Shown: in pieces, positions 59,463-64,000 of the stretch
How positions within the stretch are numbered: position 1 is the first letter of the stretch
Layout of the letters: every line of letters starts with the position of its first letter
Assembly (NCBI RefSeq): GCF_009914755.1
Contig: NC_060936.1
From: the human T2T-CHM13v2.0 reference genome, Homo sapiens
DNA: 64,000 nucleotides
Strand: one strand, 5' to 3'
Translations under genes and position numbers: made by a program
Notes under the pieces: model-generated
Databases searched by the model: none
The model's input: only the letters and a program-made list of their open reading frames with translations
Told to the model about the DNA's origin: nothing

Positions 59463-59536
59463 AGAATTTTGTGTTCTATTTGCTTTCTTTAACATTTTAA
59501 GAATTTTGCATTCTATTTGCTTTCTTTAACATTTTA
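59463..59536. repeat. 37-bp tandem duplication
   Basis: AGAATTTTG(TG/CA)TTCTATTTGCTTTCTTTAACATTTTA x2. Confidence 0.9.
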
Positions 59537-59621
59537 CTATAAGCTACATAATCATCACAATTATGATCATCATCATCACACTTTCAAGTGGTTACATAGG
59601 AAATGTTTCCTATTTATCCGT

Positions 59622-60021
59622 TTTCCTACTGTTGAATGTTTAGCTCACAATTTTAACTTAGCTAAATAGTAGAAACTGCACTAATACATTAATATGTTAA
59701 TATTATATATATGTGTGTGCGTGTGTGTCTGTGGATGTATCTCTGTCTGTTTCTCTGTCTAGCTGTCTGTTTCGCTTTCCTACTGTTGAATGTGCAGCTC
59801 ACAATTTTAACTTACCTAAATAGTAGAAACTGCATTACTACATTAATATGTTAGTATTATATATATATGTGTGTGTGTGTGTGCGTGTGTGTCTGTGGAT
59901 GTATCTCTGTCTGTTTCTCTGTCTAGCTGTCTGTTCCCCTTTCCTACTGTTGAATGTGCAGCTCACAATTTTAACTTACCTAAATAGTAGAAACTGCACT
60001 AATACATTAATATATTAGTAT

Positions 60022-60067
<46 letters not shown>

Positions 60068-60114
60068 TGTGGATGTATCTCTATCTGTTTCTCTGTCTAG
60101 CTGTCTGCTCCCCC
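59622..60114. repeat. Three-copy tandem repeat (~154, ~164, ~175 bp) with an internal (TA)n(TG)n microsatellite, within old L1ME-like sequence
   Basis: Units begin TTTCCTACTGTTGAATG at 59622, 59776 and 59940. Confidence 0.95.
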
Positions 60115-61476
60115 TTTTGCGTTATTTCCTTAGGACAATTCAAGAAGCCAAGCATTCTTTCCTAGAGCAATGAGGTATCTCATTCTGGGTTATTAAATAC
60201 CAGCCGGAAGTCAGGTGCCTGAGAGCAGCCACAGGGTTTAGCTGAGATCTTGGCCCAAGTCTGTTTTCACACACTGCCCTTGGGAAGGCAGTCAGGTAGC
60301 AGAGGTCCTGCTTTAAAGGCTGTTCACTCTGCATTTTTATCCTATCTCCAGCTTCGAAGCCCGCTGGCCTGGTACATAGATTTTGCGTATGTTGCTTCAC
60401 TCATTCAATAATTCCTAAGTGCACTCCCCATCTGACCCCATTCAAAGCAAGAGAAATAGGTCTTGCTCGCACCCTTAGGGAACTTGCAGTCTGAAATGAC
60501 CGTGGGCTCACCCATTCAATTATATTCAATCAACTTTATGCAAGCCTGCAAACTCAGATGAGCGATAACAGCCCAGGGTTGTGGGCCCATCAGCGTGTTC
60601 CTCCCTTCCTCCCTCTCTTCCTTCCCTCCCTTTTCCTCAGCGTCCTGCTTTCATTGTTTTGCAGCAGGTTGACCAGCATAGAACATGATGCACATGTTCA
60701 GCCGTGCAAAAGAGGAGCTAGTGCTTAAGTACAAATGGGAGACATGATTCTTTTGTTTTAAGTAAATACTTAGCCTGACTTCGGTCCTGTGAGCATCTGC
60801 ACTCCAGGCCTGAGCAGCTGAGCTGCCTCTCACATGGACCTGCCATGATTCCATGACTGCCTGCATGCCCAGTCATCACTACATGGCATTAGGGTGCCAG
60901 TGGTTGAACGTGATCACAGTGAGCCCCTTTTCTAGCGACTTCTCCAGCCCCCTACAGACATGATCTAGCTAGGACAGAGACAACTGGAATTTCTCAAAGG
61001 GCAGTGGTCTGTAACAGTTAAGCATTCTACATGGTTCTCTTGGTTCCCTAGATCTTCCATTTTTCAAGGAAAATTTGAACTTCTGATTTTTGGGTAAAAT
61101 CTCCTAATTTTTAACTATTGGCAGCTAATTAAAAAAAAATTAAAACGTGATGCGGACCAAATAAAACCTGTGCGTGGGCTGGATTTGGTCTGGGGGTACC
61201 AGCTTGTGACCCCTGCTTTATGTATTAAAGGTAGGGTGTTATGCTGGGCACTTTGGGGAATATAAAGAGCATAAAGTGATGAAATTAATAAAAATCATGG
61301 GGTGTGGGAGAGGCAGCTCACACACAGAGCATAACACAGTTGGCTACGCAAGTGAAACCGAAGGCGGGCTGTTCCGGGAATGCTGGGCAGAGACTGTTGA
61401 TCGTGTTCTGAGCTTTTAGGAAATCAGCACGAGGAGGCCTCTCCTGAATAGCTGTTAGAAGAGACCATATCTTCCA

Positions 61477-61637
61477 GGCCTGGTGTGGTGGTGCGCACCT
61501 GTAATGCCAGCATTTTGAGAGGCCGAGGCGGGAGTATCCCTTGAACCCAAGAATTTGAGGCTGCAGTGAACCATGATTATGCCACTGTGGCCCTGATGAC
61601 AGAGCAAGACCCTGTCTCTTTAAAAAAAAAAAAATAA
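61477..61637 (+). mobile_element. FRAM/FAM-like Alu monomer
   Basis: Single diverged Alu arm plus A-tail. Confidence 0.8.
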
Positions 61638-62491
61638 AGAGGGAGCGAGAGCAAGACCACGTCTTCCTTTTCTAGTCCCTTTGGGAGGAGTTAGGCCTTG
61701 AGTGAGAGACGGCTTGAAGCATGGAGTTGGAACTGGGAAGACTGGATTAGGTGGGTGCCGAGTAAATTTCCTTTTCTCCGTTTTCCCATCACGCAGTGAG
61801 GAAAATTGTCCCCCTTGGGCAGTTAGCAAGTATTTATTGTAGGCACACTGGAGGCGGAGTTGCCAGGGCCCCCTCTTCCTCCCCTCCGAGATCTCTAGGG
61901 GGAGATAAAGGGGAGTCTGTCTGAAGTGCTTTGAACTCTTCAGGACGCCGAAAGGACTTGAAGACGTTGCTCCATGGTTTTCCCGGATGACAGCCATGAC
62001 GTATGAGCCTAGTGATACTTAAGAGATACGACTTGCTAGGGAAGTAAACACCCAGTGTTATTTATTAGTTATTTAAAAAACAAAGCTTTTCTTAGCTGGG
62101 AGGTTTCAGATCAGTGACAATGTCAGCTCCAGTTTTCCTCTGTTAATAACAGGCCAGCCTCCTCCCCAGCCTGTGTCAGCGGCATTGAGAAGTGTGTCTG
62201 GGGTCTGGGTGCACCTTTGGCATTTGATGATTCCCTGAGAGGAAGGGAAAATGGTACTGAAGACCCGGAAGGTTGTGCAGGGCCAGGACGGATCTCGTTG
62301 TGAATAATAAAGCAAGCTGCCTTCCAGTGCTGGGCCTTTTGCTTTTATCTGTGTCCTCCCTCCATGTAGCCCCCTCCAGGACTGGGAGAGGGAGGGGCAG
62401 CAGGTGGGGAGTCGGGGGGCCAGGAGATAGGGTGCTGATAGAGGCATCTCCTGTCTTCTTGATAGGGGAGGTGTTGGAGTTTGGGATCTAG

Positions 62492-62833
<342 letters not shown>

Positions 62834-63109
62834 GCTTAGAGTTGAATGGAATCTGGAGATGAATGGGAGGGTTAGCTGGCTAGCTGGGAAGGCTGTGGAG
62901 CAGGAGAAGGGCCCAGGGCAGGGGGCAAGGGCTGAGAGCTAAGGTTGAGGTGAGGTCTGATGAACTTGAGGGCCACTGCATTTTGACCTTGAGTAACTAT
63001 AGTATTGATAAGGACAGTACCTTTGCAGTATTGAGTACAAATTCTCCCCCGCTGAGCCTCATAGAAACAGGCCAGAGAGGGCAGAGCAGGTTTTATTATT
63101 TCCACTTAA

Positions 63110-63426
<317 letters not shown>

Positions 63427-64000
63427 GAATGTGGTGTATTTTAAGAATGTGGGTTTTTGAAGCTAGACACATGTGGGTTCAAGCTTAGCCCTCTGACCTT
63501 GACGAACCTCATTAGCCTCTGAATCTCAGTTTCTCCATCTGTAAAATGGGGAGACCAATGCTTGCCTCACTGGGTATTTTGTAAGGGATGAAAACCTAAA
63601 ATAGTCTTTGGCATATAGTAGACATTGAATAGTGAATAGCAGCTGCTACTGCTGTCAGTGTAAACTAAGAAACAGACCTACAGAGGTCATCTGTCCTGCT
63701 GGAGGTCACAAGGGAAACAGCCAGGACTGGAACCACGGTCCCAGACCTTGTAGGCCGTGTTCTTCCATTCCCGGGACACTTCTTTCCCCTTCCCTGATCA
63801 GGTGGGCGCTGGGCAGACGCTGGCAGGCAGGCACCACCGCTGTCCAGGACGCATTTATGCCTGAATTGTAAGTTGTGGGCTGTGCCTGGCCTCAGACATG
63901 ATTATAGGGTGCTGACAAAAACAGCACCCCCTGATTAAGACGATGAGCGAAAACGCACCCGGGCTTTTGTTCACTGAGCAACTCCATTGTGTCTTTCTCC

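Noticed and set aside
59622-60114. CRISPR-like repeat-spacer array
   Set aside because: Units are fully homologous with no unique spacers, the context is eukaryotic, and there are no cas genes.

Overview
Primate, almost certainly human, non-coding DNA, since it contains a human-specific SVA_F1. It is dense in Alu, L1, L2, MIR, DNA transposon and MaLR relics. I see no convincing protein-coding exon, RNA gene or CRISPR array; the ORF track is mostly Alu/SVA/L1/microsatellite noise. About 26 of 36 Alu-family copies and the recognisable L1 3' ends lie on the minus strand, which fits (inference) a large intron of a plus-strand gene that I cannot name. The main feature is a short minus-strand SVA_F1 (~998-2156) whose 5' end is a spliced-in, truncated MAST2 exon 1. 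It inserted at the same L1-endonuclease nick as an older AluSp, leaving three copies of the target site. It also carries ~23 nt of extra 5' sequence that looks like the flank/TSD of its parent element. Other notable structures: a 3-copy ~160-bp tandem repeat with a lengthening internal microsatellite (59.6-60.1 kb), a nested and rearranged Tigger3 containing a duplicated Alu monomer (32.2-34.2 kb), a duplicated hairpin motif (25.8/26.6 kb), a ~450-bp alternating purine-pyrimidine tract and a near-consensus CTCF site. I found no evidence of a wholly new biological system. Subfamily calls and boundaries are by eye, from memory of consensus sequences, and approximate.
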